Positions 51,578 to 62,533 of a stretch of 64,000 bases of DNA are shown here, one piece after another; within the stretch, counting starts at the first letter, position 1; each line of letters starts with the position of its first letter. The stretch lies in NCBI GenBank assembly GCA_017449285.1, contig JAFSJX010000105.1:112687-176686 (forward strand). The letters run 5' to 3'. Made by a program: the position numbers and the translations under genes. The notes under the pieces are model-generated. The model ran no database searches, was not told where the DNA came from, and was given only the letters and a program-made list of their open reading frames with translations. Origin of the DNA: Treponema sp. GTDB lineage: Bacteria; Spirochaetota; Spirochaetia; Treponematales; Treponemataceae.

Positions 51578-54500
51578 CTACTCTATTTTCCACACCGCTC
51601 CGTTTGTTCTGCCAAAAATTTCTTCCTCGTACATACATTCGGCAGTGGCGCAGGGGGTGTGGTAGATGCCTTTGTGTGTGGCGCGGAACTGGAATTCTAC
51701 CGTCTGGCTACCACAGGGAAAGTAATTCCAAAAGAACTGCACCTCGCTATCATACGCGCCTTTATAACTCAGCCCACGATTGGGATTGCACCACCAACGG
51801 AACGGCATAATGTTTTCATTTTTCTCCGTTTTTTCAGGGTCAGGAGAAAGCGTACCAGTGGTGACAAATGCAGTGTTCATAATTTCCGCACCCGCAGGAA
51901 TCGGCGCACGGACGGCAACATATTCTGCGTCAATCGTAGAAGAAATAAACACTTTTTCACGGTAGATGTTGCCCGCAATCAGTTTGTCCGCAGTCACCCG
52001 CTCGCCTGTCTTTGCGTCAGTAATTTCCGTGTAGATGCACAATCCTTCATCGCGGGCAACTTGTTTTTCCGGCGGAATCGCATATTTCATGCTTGCCGTG
52101 TAGAACAGCGTTCCCGTGCCGTCCTTACTGAACACAAGCGGGATTTCCTTGTCCTTTGGCTGAGAAGCGAGCGCGGCAAAATTGATTTCCTTTTCTTCGG
52201 CTTCTGCGGCTACTTCCTTAAAGCGACCATCCAGCAATTTCGTTCCGTTCAGCAGGGCTTCCGCCGTAAAATCAAGGTTTTCCAATTTGTTCGTCTTGAT
52301 GTAGTCGTTCAGCGCAATCAAGATGCGGCTGGTCACAGCGGTTGACTGCCAGTAGCCGCGCCCCGATTTTTGCATTTTTAGAAGTTCATACACCAGCCGC
52401 TGATTCACGTCGCTTTCGGTGCGCAGACGGGTGAACAACTGTAGATAGAGCGCGTATTTTTCACAGTCCGCGTTGAAGAAGCACCAGTAATGCCGACCAT
52501 GTTTTTCGGTGATGTCGATGCCCCGATTCGTCTTTCGGGTAAACGTCAGCAGTTTGTCCGCAATTTTTTCCGCCTTTGCTTTTTCACCCTTGTTCAAATA
52601 GGTGAGTGCGACCAACGCAAGGGCTTCCACATCGGCATTGTCAGCGGCGGCGATTTTTTCCAGATTGCTTTCCGCGACCGTTCCTCCCAAAAGATGCGCC
52701 GCGTAATAGCCATACGCCGCCGTGTACAGACTCCATCCCGCATCAGTATGTTCTTTCAAAATGCCGTCACTTTCTTTTATCAAATACGAAGCCAGTTTCG
52801 CCTCATTGATTCCGCTTGAATCAATCACCCCATTTTGTTTTGCAAGCGCAAGAATTTCCGCAATCCGCATGGAGACATAGGGGCTGCTGTCCTTGAAAAA
52901 TCCGTCTGGCCAGTACGGAAATCCGCCATCACGATTCTGCACGTCCACCCATGACTTGATTTCTTTTTTCGCCACGGAAGCGGGGTTTTTGACTTCGCTG
53001 TTCAGCCCGAAAATCTTGATGTATTTGCCGAATGCCACCAGAGGGAGTACCGCCGCCGAACGCTGCTCCATACAGCCATACGGATAATGGAACACATAAT
53101 TGACCGCTTCCCTCAAAACGCCAAGACGCGTGGGGTCAAGTTGCACATACAGGCTTCCGCGTCCGTCCTCTGCATTTCCGGGAAGCACAATCAGTTCGGT
53201 CTCGCTTACGTTTCCATCGCCCCTCACTTCACCAATTGTCGTGACCGCCTCAAAAATATATGGCTTTTCAATTTCAAGCGGAACAAGAATCTGCTCATTT
53301 ACCACATCGCTCCGCACCGTAAATTCCAGCGTAATCCAGCCTTGTCGCTTTGCGTTCACCATGAACATCAGCGGCTCGGTTGATTTGGGGCGCAGGGAGA
53401 TTTTTTTCATGCTTGTTCCGCTCACGCTCGCCGCACCGGGTAATTTCTGCACGCTGTCATCGGTCTGTGCCTCGCCCGTTTTTTCAATGCCATCATACAA
53501 GGCAAGGCTGACCGAAACTTCATGCGATTTGTCATCAAGATTAGTCAGCGTTACGCCCGTTTCGCCCATGTCATCAAGCCGCAATTTTCGGGGAAGAATA
53601 TGGCGCACGGAAACAGGCTCTGCAACCAAAAGTTCACCCTCGGTCTTAGCAAAACTATGTTCTTTAATGCCGATTACCGTAAGACGATACGACGTAAGGG
53701 AATCAGGCAACGTGAACTCACAGGTGACGTTTCCATTCGCATCGGTCTTCAAATCAGGCAGAAACAGAGCCAAACTCGCAAAATTGCGCCTGATTTTCAT
53801 CTGAACTGCGCCGCCTTCGCCCGCATCCATCTCGGCTTCCGCAAAATCATCGGACATATATGCGGCATTCGCAGACAGTGCCATCGTCTTCATCATACGC
53901 GGCCCTGCCCCCATTGTCATCATATCCATCGCCGCTTCCTCAACAACAGATTCTTCGGCTTCCTGCGCGACCAAAAGATTCCGCGAATCCCCACCAGCGG
54001 CACGATTCGGGAACAGATGACGGGCATAGAAAAAGTCAACGGGGTCTTCCACATGATAATCAATCAAATCAAGTACGCCACGGTCAACCGCCATCACCGT
54101 GATTTCCGCATTCTGAATGGTTCTGCCATTTTTTTCCGCATGAAGCGTGATTTTTGCCTTCTCGCCCGCACGATAGGTCGCCTTGTCGGTGGTCAGTTTG
54201 ACATCAAAACGCTTGCTTTTCGTGCTTACGTTTATCGCCGTCACACCAAAATAACTTTTCGGTTTGTCCTCGTCCTTTCCGCTGGCATTCATCAACTGCT
54301 TTCCCGCGGCATTTTCCGAACGCACCGAATATGAAGAAAGGCTTACGTACACCACGGGAACATACCCCGCCTCAATAGGAACGGACACCATCGAAGTGGG
54401 AGCGTCCAGACGCAAAAGTTTCTGGGAGATAATGCCCTCGCGTTCCACGGTCATCAGATACGTTCCTTTTGGGAGCGCACTCTGCACCATCAGCTGGGCT

Positions 54501-57500
54501 GTCTCGCCGACCTCGTATTCGTCTTTGTCCGCCGTAATGCCGATTTCCTGCGCGTCATTTTCGCTGTGCCAAAACCAATCGCTACTGGTCACATAGAATC
54601 TGCGCTCAGCAATAATTTTGTTTCCGTCCGCATCCATCGTGGAAAGCCGAAGATAATACACGCCGCCCTTTTCTGGCTTTACGTTGCACTCCGTTTTTTC
54701 GCTTTTGCCCGAAAGGGAAATTTCTTTTGTCTGCTCGGTGATAATTTCGCGGTGGTAGTCGTTCGTCACCAGTCCGTTCGGCTGTACAATCTGCCTCTGT
54801 TTCCATTCCTCGCGGCGCAGCTCAAGCAGCAATTGCTTATTCTTGGGTAAATCGTTTTTTGACGGGGCGGACTCATCTGGCGCAATGCAGACATACTCAA
54901 ACGTAAGCGTGTCGCCTTTTTTTGCAAAGCCTTTCAGATTTTTTGCGCCGCTCACGCCAAGATAAAATTTTGCGGGGTGAACCAATGCCGTCGCGCTCGT
55001 AGCAATCGCCTGATTTGAACTGTCAACAACGCGGGCTTCCATGCGGTATCGGTATGGGAGCGCGACAATATCCTCATCGCCTGTTTTCTGACTGACACTG
55101 GCAGTTCCGTCTCCCGCCAATCTTCCTGATGATTCCTTGTAAAAATGCCGTTCTCCGTCATGGTCAACCGGGGCAAAACTCATACCACGGAACTGCTCGC
55201 TTTTCGGAGAAAAATCTGCAATCGTCCTTGTCCAGTTCGCATGATAAGTACACTCGTCCAGCGCGCCGCCTCCCAGATACGATGCCGAAAGAGAAGCGGA
55301 AAGCGTGTCACCACGGAAATAAATTTCGTCCGCAATCGATGCATGGGCTTCAAAGCGCAGTTTCTCAAAGAATTGCACCTGAACACGGCAAGTCTGTTCC
55401 GTCTCGCGCCCGTTACATTCACGCTGATAACGAAGCGTGTAATCTCCCGGCTTGATGTCGGCAGGAAGCGCGATTTTTCCCCATGTCGTGCCGTTTTCGG
55501 TCAGCGTTCCCGCCGTAGAAAAATAGGATTTTCGGTTTCGCCATGCGTTGTCGGTCAGTTCAATCTTGAATTCCGCCTGTTTTCCGCTTACCGTGCTGTA
55601 TTCGCCTTTATACAGATTTCGGTCAACAATGCGGTAAGTCACCGTTTCTCCCGGCTTATACAATCCTCGGTCAGTAAACATCAGCGTGACCATTCGTTCA
55701 TTCTGTATGCCCGCAATGCCGTCGGAATGGACGCCCGCCCGCCAAATCCGCGTATCCTCAGGACTGAACATTACACGGTCATCTTTCGTTTTCGCCTCGA
55801 TGAACAAACGGCTGTCTTTTTCCATCGTGCGCGCAAAATCACCCGAAAGCGGAATTTCTGCAAGACCATCGGTATTCGTTTTGGCAGAGGCAAACACGGC
55901 ATATTTTTTAGTCAGAATGACTGATTTATCATCAGCAGTGCGCCACACATCTTTGTGCGGAATAAAAAGCATATTCACTTCGGCATTAGGAACAGGTTTT
56001 CCGCTGGCAAGGCTCGTCACCAGCACAACCGCCTTATTGTACGCATACCGCGCCGTCACACCCAAATCCGTCACCTGAATAATCTGCTCATTTTTTGCAA
56101 CGGATTTTTCTCGGCGGATTTTTTTGGAACGCCATTCGCGCCACTGATACTCATAATTCACTTCCGCCGTAAACCGAACCGCCCCGCGCCATTGAGTGCC
56201 GACCTGCTCTAAAAACGGACGTAAATCCACTGTCTCGGTAATGCGCTTGTTCTGCTCGATTTTCGCGGGGTCAAGTTTTGTCGTTACGCTTCGGACATTA
56301 TTTTTTGTGCCGTCCGCCAACGTCAGCGGTTCAAGCGTATATTTTGAGGGAGATTTTATGTTCTGATAATAGAAAACGATTTTTGGTGAAAACTGACTTT
56401 CCAGCACTTGCAGACCGCTGTTTTTGAATGTCACGTAACTTCGCGCCAGAGGAACTTCAATTTTCTCGTCAAACGGCTTTCCGAGCGTGCGCCCATATAC
56501 GTCAAAAAATCTTGCGTCCAGATACAGATGATAGGTCGATTCATACGTAATCGGGAGTCCGTGAACAACGAGCGTGCGCCCCTGCACTTTCAGATTTTCC
56601 GCCGTTACAGCGTGTCCTAAATCCGTGCTGACATATTTCGCCAGTTCCGTCTCCGAATCCTGCTTCAGAAGCGAAGAAAATGTGATTCTGACGGGATTGG
56701 TCAAGTCAGCATCGTAATAATTGGCAAGGGGATTGCAGTCCGTCACCGAAAATGCAATCAGCGTATGGAAACTGCGGCTTGCATCTTTTGCCGTGGGATA
56801 GCAGTCTTTGTCCGCCATCGCGCCTTTTTTGAGCGTGACCGTGATAACCGTGTCTTCGGCAGGAGTATCGTTAAGAGAGAGCGTGACGCAATTTTTTTCC
56901 GCCTGTTTTGCGCTAAACGAAAATTTTTTACCCGCTCCGTCAGAAACGGCGACAAATTCTTTTACGACATTCGCATTCACGGGCGCATTAAAAAAGAGTG
57001 CAATATCTTTGGCAAGTTCAGGCGGAACACTTCCCTGGTCAACCGATTTGCCATTTTTCACCTCGCCATAGCCCGCCGTCAGACCTGTCAGTTTTAGTTC
57101 CTCGGTGTGAAACGTATATTCCAGTTGTCCGCTGATTTTTGCGCCTTTCAGGCTGGTCAGATTCGGGTTGATTTTTATCGTGTAGACTTTCTGCGGAATC
57201 GCCTCGTCCTCAGCGTCAAAACTGATTAGGCTTGTTCCCCGCCAGCGAAAAACGCCGTTCAACTTTGGTTCAATCGTAAATACATCGGAAGTTTTAACCG
57301 GCTCTCCCAATGATTTGAGCGCGACCACCGCTTCGCTGAACTGCACCTGAATCGCGGGATACGCCACTTGACTAGGCAGTTCCCCCTGCGGAGTTACCGA
57401 AATGACCGAAAAAGATTCGTTTTCCTGCACTGCAACCGTTTTTGCAGGAGCCGCATTCGCTCTGTCCGTATTGCATCCGCCCATAACCGCCGCAACCATC

Positions 57501-57538
57501 ATGCCAATCACTCCGCCCATAACACTTATCCGCGCCAT
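51578..57538 (-). CDS. Alpha-2-macroglobulin family lipoprotein (1986 aa) with thioester motif
   Basis: Lipobox VMGGC. Bacterial A2M architecture with a thioester CxEQ motif (YPYGCMEQ). AAGGAG upstream. Confidence 0.9.
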   Translation of the reverse strand: MARISVMGGVIGMMVAAVMGGCNTDRANAAPAKTVAVQENESFSVISVTPQGELPSQVAYPAIQVQFSEAVVALKSLGEPVKTSDVFTIEPKLNGVFRWRGTSLISFDAEDEAIPQKVYTIKINPNLTSLKGAKISGQLEYTFHTEELKLTGLTAGYGEVKNGKSVDQGSVPPELAKDIALFFNAPVNANVVKEFVAVSDGAGKKFSFSAKQAEKNCVTLSLNDTPAEDTVITVTLKKGAMADKDCYPTAKDASRSFHTLIAFSVTDCNPLANYYDADLTNPVRITFSSLLKQDSETELAKYVSTDLGHAVTAENLKVQGRTLVVHGLPITYESTYHLYLDARFFDVYGRTLGKPFDEKIEVPLARSYVTFKNSGLQVLESQFSPKIVFYYQNIKSPSKYTLEPLTLADGTKNNVRSVTTKLDPAKIEQNKRITETVDLRPFLEQVGTQWRGAVRFTAEVNYEYQWREWRSKKIRREKSVAKNEQIIQVTDLGVTARYAYNKAVVLVTSLASGKPVPNAEVNMLFIPHKDVWRTADDKSVILTKKYAVFASAKTNTDGLAEIPLSGDFARTMEKDSRLFIEAKTKDDRVMFSPEDTRIWRAGVHSDGIAGIQNERMVTLMFTDRGLYKPGETVTYRIVDRNLYKGEYSTVSGKQAEFKIELTDNAWRNRKSYFSTAGTLTENGTTWGKIALPADIKPGDYTLRYQRECNGRETEQTCRVQVQFFEKLRFEAHASIADEIYFRGDTLSASLSASYLGGGALDECTYHANWTRTIADFSPKSEQFRGMSFAPVDHDGERHFYKESSGRLAGDGTASVSQKTGDEDIVALPYRYRMEARVVDSSNQAIATSATALVHPAKFYLGVSGAKNLKGFAKKGDTLTFEYVCIAPDESAPSKNDLPKNKQLLLELRREEWKQRQIVQPNGLVTNDYHREIITEQTKEISLSGKSEKTECNVKPEKGGVYYLRLSTMDADGNKIIAERRFYVTSSDWFWHSENDAQEIGITADKDEYEVGETAQLMVQSALPKGTYLMTVEREGIISQKLLRLDAPTSMVSVPIEAGYVPVVYVSLSSYSVRSENAAGKQLMNASGKDEDKPKSYFGVTAINVSTKSKRFDVKLTTDKATYRAGEKAKITLHAEKNGRTIQNAEITVMAVDRGVLDLIDYHVEDPVDFFYARHLFPNRAAGGDSRNLLVAQEAEESVVEEAAMDMMTMGAGPRMMKTMALSANAAYMSDDFAEAEMDAGEGGAVQMKIRRNFASLALFLPDLKTDANGNVTCEFTLPDSLTSYRLTVIGIKEHSFAKTEGELLVAEPVSVRHILPRKLRLDDMGETGVTLTNLDDKSHEVSVSLALYDGIEKTGEAQTDDSVQKLPGAASVSGTSMKKISLRPKSTEPLMFMVNAKRQGWITLEFTVRSDVVNEQILVPLEIEKPYIFEAVTTIGEVRGDGNVSETELIVLPGNAEDGRGSLYVQLDPTRLGVLREAVNYVFHYPYGCMEQRSAAVLPLVAFGKYIKIFGLNSEVKNPASVAKKEIKSWVDVQNRDGGFPYWPDGFFKDSSPYVSMRIAEILALAKQNGVIDSSGINEAKLASYLIKESDGILKEHTDAGWSLYTAAYGYYAAHLLGGTVAESNLEKIAAADNADVEALALVALTYLNKGEKAKAEKIADKLLTFTRKTNRGIDITEKHGRHYWCFFNADCEKYALYLQLFTRLRTESDVNQRLVYELLKMQKSGRGYWQSTAVTSRILIALNDYIKTNKLENLDFTAEALLNGTKLLDGRFKEVAAEAEEKEINFAALASQPKDKEIPLVFSKDGTGTLFYTASMKYAIPPEKQVARDEGLCIYTEITDAKTGERVTADKLIAGNIYREKVFISSTIDAEYVAVRAPIPAGAEIMNTAFVTTGTLSPDPEKTEKNENIMPFRWWCNPNRGLSYKGAYDSEVQFFWNYFPCGSQTVEFQFRATHKGIYHTPCATAECMYEEEIFGRTNGAVWKIE

Positions 57539-57610
57539 ACACGCTCCTTCTTCACTTTATATAAAGGGAGCGATTTGAACAAGGTTACAGACCGCCGATT
57601 GCACAAAAAA

Positions 57611-57632
57611 ATCCCCCGCAAAAACGGAGGAT
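57611..57632 (-). terminator. Rho-independent terminator of gap
   Basis: Minus strand reads atcctccg ttttt gcgggggat followed by T7. Confidence 0.7.
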
Positions 57633-57659
57633 TTTTCCTACTCAAACTACATTGTAATG

Positions 57660-57759
57660 TTAGCAGTTCGCCGTCCGCTTACGCGGACTTCAGCGAGAAC
57701 TTAGCAGTTCGCCGTCCGCCTACGCGGACTTAACGAGAACTTAGCAGTTCTCGCTGAAG
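57660..57759 (-). repeat. Tandem 41/40-nt duplications of the gap 3' end, each with an internal hairpin
   Basis: ttagcagttcgccgtccgcttacgcggacttcagcgagaac / ttagcagttcgccgtccgcctacgcggacttaacgagaac / ttagcagttctcgctgaag. The last unit is the real gap stop and final codons. Confidence 0.85.
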
Positions 57760-58814
57760 TATTTGATTGTGCGAACCATCTGTGAGGTGTAGCTGTTCTC
57801 ATTATCATACCAAGAAACAACCTGCACCTGATAGGTGTTGTCATCAATCTTAGAAACCATTGTCTGAGTTGCGTCGAACAATGAGCCATAGGTCATGCCG
57901 ATAACATCAGAAGAAACGATTTCGTCCTCGTTGTAGCCGTAAGATTCAGTTGCGGCTGCTTTCATCGCGGCATTGATTCCTTCTTTTGTAATGTCCTTGC
58001 CCTTTACGACAGCGATAAGAATCGTGGTTGAGCCAGTCGGTGTAGGAACGCGCTGTGCAGAACCAATCAGCTTGCCGTTCAGCTCGGGAATAACAAGACC
58101 GATAGCCTTTGCAGCACCCGTTGAGTTCGGAACGATGTTCTGTGCGCCAGCACGTGAGCGGCGGAGATCGCCCTTGCGCTGCGGACCGTCAAGAATCATC
58201 TGGTCGCCAGTGTAAGCGTGGATTGTAGACATAATGCCGCTCTGAATCGGTGCGTACTTGTTGAGTGCGTCAGCCATCGGAGCCAAGCAGTTTGTGGTAC
58301 AAGAAGCCGCAGAAATGATGTTGTCATTCTTGGTCAGAGTCTTGTGGTTTACGTTGTAAACGATTGTGGGCAGGTCATTTCCAGCAGGTGCTGAAATAAC
58401 AACCTTGCGTGCGCCAGCGTCAATATGAGCCTGAGCCTTTGCTTTTGATGTATAGAAACCAGTACATTCCAGCACAACATCAACTTTGAGGTCTTTCCAA
58501 GGCAATTCTGCCGCATTCGGCTTTGCATAAATTGTGATTTCTTTTCCGTCAACGATGATTGCGCCCGGAACTTTTACGGTCTTTCCATCGTCTGCAAGAA
58601 CTGCATCTTTGTAAGAAACTGTGTGCTTGCCTTCGCCGAACTTGCCAGCATAGCCGCCCTGAGCAGTGTCATACTTCAAAAGATGAGCGAGCATTTTGGG
58701 GCTTGTGAGGTCGTTGATTGCGACAACTTCGTATCCCTTTGCACCAAACATCTGGCGGAAAGCCAGACGACCGATACGGCCAAAACCGTTGATAGCTACT
58801 TTAACATCAGCCAT
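57741..58814 (-). CDS. gap: Glyceraldehyde-3-phosphate dehydrogenase (type I)
   Basis: [17 protein letters not shown] and WYDNE motifs. GAGGAG upstream. Confidence 0.95.
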   Translation of the reverse strand: MADVKVAINGFGRIGRLAFRQMFGAKGYEVVAINDLTSPKMLAHLLKYDTAQGGYAGKFGEGKHTVSYKDAVLADDGKTVKVPGAIIVDGKEITIYAKPNAAELPWKDLKVDVVLECTGFYTSKAKAQAHIDAGARKVVISAPAGNDLPTIVYNVNHKTLTKNDNIISAASCTTNCLAPMADALNKYAPIQSGIMSTIHAYTGDQMILDGPQRKGDLRRSRAGAQNIVPNSTGAAKAIGLVIPELNGKLIGSAQRVPTPTGSTTILIAVVKGKDITKEGINAAMKAAATESYGYNEDEIVSSDVIGMTYGSLFDATQTMVSKIDDNTYQVQVVSWYDNENSYTSQMVRTIKYFSENC

Positions 58815-58928
58815 TCTATAACTCCTCTAAACCGTCCTCAGACGGCAGTTTTACAAAAAGTTTTTCTATAAAATAAGATAACGAATTTACAGGGTTTAGA
58901 CAATAGCAAATTCACGGCATAACCGCAA

Positions 58929-59549
58929 TTACTTTTCGGCTTCCGCCTGTTTTTTTCGGTCAAAATAACCGTTGTCCACAAGCACCTGACGGCGGGTCAT
59001 CACAAGGCTTATCAACTCCTGATACATATTGTAGTCCACTTCCAACGCAATCGGAAAGATAAAGTATTCGGTTTCGTCGCAGTAGCGTTCGATGAATTTC
59101 TCGTCGGTCACAAAACCAAGGCTAATCATGTTGCTGATTCTGTCGGCACACTTCAGGACTTTTGCCTTGTGGCTTCCCGTCTCGATAATTCTGCGCAAAA
59201 AATCATTTTTCTGCTCGCCATCGCGCTTGGTCACTTCCAGAACCAAGTCCAGCACTTCGTTTCCGTCCTCATCGCACGTTTTTATGATGTTGTGGTCAAA
59301 ACCGGGGATATCTTCAACTACGTCATGAATGACGCTCGCCTTCAACAAAATACCATCGATGTAGCCGTAGTCAATCAGGATGGTCATCGTGTCAAGTTGG
59401 TGGCGGAACATATTGCCTCCCGCGCGACGACCTTTTCCAATCAGCGCAGTAGCAATCTGCATGTAAGGCGCAAGAAAAATATTCTTCAGCTGCAACATGT
59501 GCTGCTGATCCATGGTGTCGGGTTTATCGACTTTCATTTCATATTTCAT
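58929..59549 (-). CDS. HD-domain hydrolase, RelA/SpoT-hydrolase-like (possible small alarmone hydrolase)
   Basis: RHQLDTMTIL...ASVIHDVVEDIP resembles the SpoT HD motif. Start MKYEMK at 59549 follows GAGGAGG; the track GTG start at 59576 was rejected. Confidence 0.55.
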   Translation of the reverse strand: MKYEMKVDKPDTMDQQHMLQLKNIFLAPYMQIATALIGKGRRAGGNMFRHQLDTMTILIDYGYIDGILLKASVIHDVVEDIPGFDHNIIKTCDEDGNEVLDLVLEVTKRDGEQKNDFLRRIIETGSHKAKVLKCADRISNMISLGFVTDEKFIERYCDETEYFIFPIALEVDYNMYQELISLVMTRRQVLVDNGYFDRKKQAEAEK

Positions 59550-59633
59550 ACGCACCTCCTCTATTAAATTTCTCACAGAGCGAAAGAGGGCACAGAGAAA
59601 AACGCTGTGATTTCTGTGTTCTCCGTGAGGAAT

Positions 59634-62363
59634 TTATTTCAATGTTGCAATATACTCCGTTACCTTTTCAATCCGCCGTTTCAGTTCTTCCAGTTTGTCG
59701 CGCTCGGCCTGAACCACGTCTGCGGGCGCGTGCTGGGCAAAACTGCCGCCCAATTTTGCTTCCGTGCGTTTTGCCTCCGCCTCAGATTTTTCCACATCTT
59801 TTTTGAAGCGCGCCAAAAGCTGGTCTTTGTTGATGCTTTCGTCAATCAGAATGAACGCCTCAAAACCCGTTCCGACCGCACCGATTGACTGGGCAGGCTT
59901 TGCGTCCACAAAGTCAATTTTTGCCACGCCCGCCAAAAGCGAAATCATCTCCACTTTCTCGCGGCAGACTTCGGCGTGGCTTCCCTGAACGATTTGCAGC
60001 GCGATGTGCAGTTTTGTCGCGGGGTCAATGCCACACTCATTCCTAAGCCCGCGCACCGCACGAATCAAATCTTGCAGGACTGCAAAACGATTGGTCACTG
60101 TCTCGTTCACGCGACCGTCTGTAGGTGCGGGGAACGGCGCGGCAACCAATTTACCCTTATAGTCGCTGTTCGGGAGAATATTCTGCGCGCCCGCTTTCGC
60201 ACGGTTCTCAATGATTTCAGCAAGCGGCAGTTTTGAGTAAATCTCTTCGGTCACAAACGGAATGAACGGGTGCAGCATGCGCAGACTTTCTTCCATTACG
60301 TTCAGCAGGACGGAAACGGCGCGGTCTTTCTCGTGGTCATCGCCATTCTTGAACGAAAGTTTTGTCGCCTCAACATACCAGTCGCAGAAATAATTCCAGA
60401 AGAATTCGTACACGGTGCTTGCCGCCTCGTTGTAGCGGTAGCCGTCCAAAGCAGAACGCTCATCGCGCACCGCCTTGTCCATCGCCGCATAAATCCAGCG
60501 GTCAAGTTCGGTCAAGTCGGCATCCGTCACGGGAATCAGCGTGCGTCCTTCAAGATTGCCCAGAATGTAGCGGCTTGCGTTCCACACTTTGTTGCAGAAG
60601 CGGCTTCCCATCTTAAAGCTTTCGTTGTCAATCAAGATGTCCTGCCCCTGCGCGCAGAGGAACGACAGCGTGAATTTGAGCGCGTCTGAGCCATATTGTT
60701 CTATTATATCCAGCGGGTCAATGCCGTTTCCAAGCGATTTTGACATTTTGCGCCCCTGCTTGTCGCGCACAAGACCATGAATGTAGATGTCGTGGAACGG
60801 TGCTTTTCCCGTAAACTCCAGTCCTGCCATAATCATGCGGCTCACCCAGAAGAAGATGATGTCGTAGGCGGTCACCAATGCGCTTGTCGGATAGAAATTC
60901 GCCACGTCAGCAGTCTTTTCCGGCCAGCCGAGCGTACTGAACGGCCACAGCCATGAACTGAACCAAGTGTCAAGCACGTCGGGGTCTTGCTGAAGCCTGT
61001 CGGCTTTTACGCCGCACTTGGGGCAAACGGTCGGGTCGGTGCGGCTTACGATGGTCTCCCCGCAGTCCTGACAATACCACACGGGAATGCGATGTCCCCA
61101 CCACAATTGGCGGCTGATGCACCAGTCGCGGATGTTTTCCATCCAGTTGCGGTAGGTGTTCTCCCATTTGCGCGGGAAGAATTCAATCTCACCGTCTTTC
61201 CATGCCTTCAACGCTTTGTCGGCGAGCGGGCGCATCTTTACAAACCACTGGAACGACAGGTACGGCTCAACCACGGTCTTGCAGCGGTAGCAGTGTCCGA
61301 CAGAGTGCGTCATCGGCTCCTCGCACTTGAACAAACCCGCCTCGGTCAAATCTTCAATGACGAGTTTTCGCGCTTCCTCGCACTTCAATCCACGATATTT
61401 TTCAGGCACATTCTCATTCAGCGTACCGTCGGGATTCAGCAAATTGATGATTTCAAGATTATGGCGTTTTCCCACTTCCCAATCGTTGGGGTCGTGCGCG
61501 GGCGTAATCTTCACCATGCCCGTACCAAATTCCTTGTCAACGTAGCTGTCAGCAATAATCGGAATTTCCTTTCCCGTGAGCGGGAGTTTAAGCATTTTTC
61601 CCACAAGCGACTTGTAGCGGTCATCATCGGGATTTACGGCGACAGCAGTATCTCCAAAGAATGTTTCCGGGCGCGTGGTGGCAACCTCAATTTTTCCGCT
61701 TCCGTCAGCGTATTCGTAGAACAGATGGTACATCGCGCCCTTGGTGTCGATATGGTCAACCTCATCGTCAGCCAATGCCGTGCCACAGCGCGGACACCAG
61801 TTCACAAGATACTGACCTTTATAAATCAGTCCGCGCTCATACAGCGTGACAAACACTTCGCGCACCGCCTTGGAAAGACCCTCGTCCATCGTAAAGCGTT
61901 CGCGTGTCCAATCCGTACTGTTTCCTAATTTTTTCTGCTGCTTGACAATCGTCGCATGGTGGTCTTCTTTTACCGCCCAGGTACGCTCCAAAAATTTCTC
62001 GCGTCCAATCATCTTGCGGCTCAAGCCTTCTTTTTTAAGCTGGCGTTCCACCACGTTCTGCGTGGCGATTCCCGCATGGTCAGTACCAGGAATCCACAGG
62101 GTATCGTCGCCACGCATACGGTGATAGCGCACCACCACGTCCTGCAAGGTATTGTTGAGCGCGTGCCCCATGTGCAAAACGCCCGTTACGTTCGGCGGCG
62201 GAATCACGACCGTATATTTGATGTTCGTATTGTTCTTCTGCCCATGAACCGGAGAATCCTTGTCGGAATGCGGACGGAAATATCCTTTTTCCACCCACTC
62301 CGCGTAGATGCGGTCTTCAAAATCCTTGGGATTATACGCTTTTTCCAGTTCAATTGCCTTCAT
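59634..62363 (-). CDS. valS: Valine--tRNA ligase
   Basis: HMGHALN (HIGH) and KMSKS motifs, with a C-terminal coiled coil. Confidence 0.95.
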   Translation of the reverse strand: MKAIELEKAYNPKDFEDRIYAEWVEKGYFRPHSDKDSPVHGQKNNTNIKYTVVIPPPNVTGVLHMGHALNNTLQDVVVRYHRMRGDDTLWIPGTDHAGIATQNVVERQLKKEGLSRKMIGREKFLERTWAVKEDHHATIVKQQKKLGNSTDWTRERFTMDEGLSKAVREVFVTLYERGLIYKGQYLVNWCPRCGTALADDEVDHIDTKGAMYHLFYEYADGSGKIEVATTRPETFFGDTAVAVNPDDDRYKSLVGKMLKLPLTGKEIPIIADSYVDKEFGTGMVKITPAHDPNDWEVGKRHNLEIINLLNPDGTLNENVPEKYRGLKCEEARKLVIEDLTEAGLFKCEEPMTHSVGHCYRCKTVVEPYLSFQWFVKMRPLADKALKAWKDGEIEFFPRKWENTYRNWMENIRDWCISRQLWWGHRIPVWYCQDCGETIVSRTDPTVCPKCGVKADRLQQDPDVLDTWFSSWLWPFSTLGWPEKTADVANFYPTSALVTAYDIIFFWVSRMIMAGLEFTGKAPFHDIYIHGLVRDKQGRKMSKSLGNGIDPLDIIEQYGSDALKFTLSFLCAQGQDILIDNESFKMGSRFCNKVWNASRYILGNLEGRTLIPVTDADLTELDRWIYAAMDKAVRDERSALDGYRYNEAASTVYEFFWNYFCDWYVEATKLSFKNGDDHEKDRAVSVLLNVMEESLRMLHPFIPFVTEEIYSKLPLAEIIENRAKAGAQNILPNSDYKGKLVAAPFPAPTDGRVNETVTNRFAVLQDLIRAVRGLRNECGIDPATKLHIALQIVQGSHAEVCREKVEMISLLAGVAKIDFVDAKPAQSIGAVGTGFEAFILIDESINKDQLLARFKKDVEKSEAEAKRTEAKLGGSFAQHAPADVVQAERDKLEELKRRIEKVTEYIATLK

Positions 62364-62533
62364 ATTCTTACTCCAAATCTCTTGCTCAATTTACTGCATT
62401 ATATTGAGATGATTTTTTTATTATAGCGAATTCGCCCAATATGTTCAATTTTTTTCAGGATTTTTTGTCATTTTTGTACTGATATTCAATCAGCGATATT
62501 TCAAGATTTTATAAATGGGAAAAAGAATAGCAC

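Noticed and set aside
57660-57759. The 40-nt repeats after gap as a mini CRISPR or tRNA-like element.
   Set aside because: There are only 2.5 contiguous units with no spacers. They are duplications of the gene's own 3' end.
62364-62533. A cobalamin riboswitch near cbiD.
   Set aside because: This spacer is downstream of cbiD, since the operon is read right to left and its 5' end is outside the window. I saw no B12-box-like sequence.
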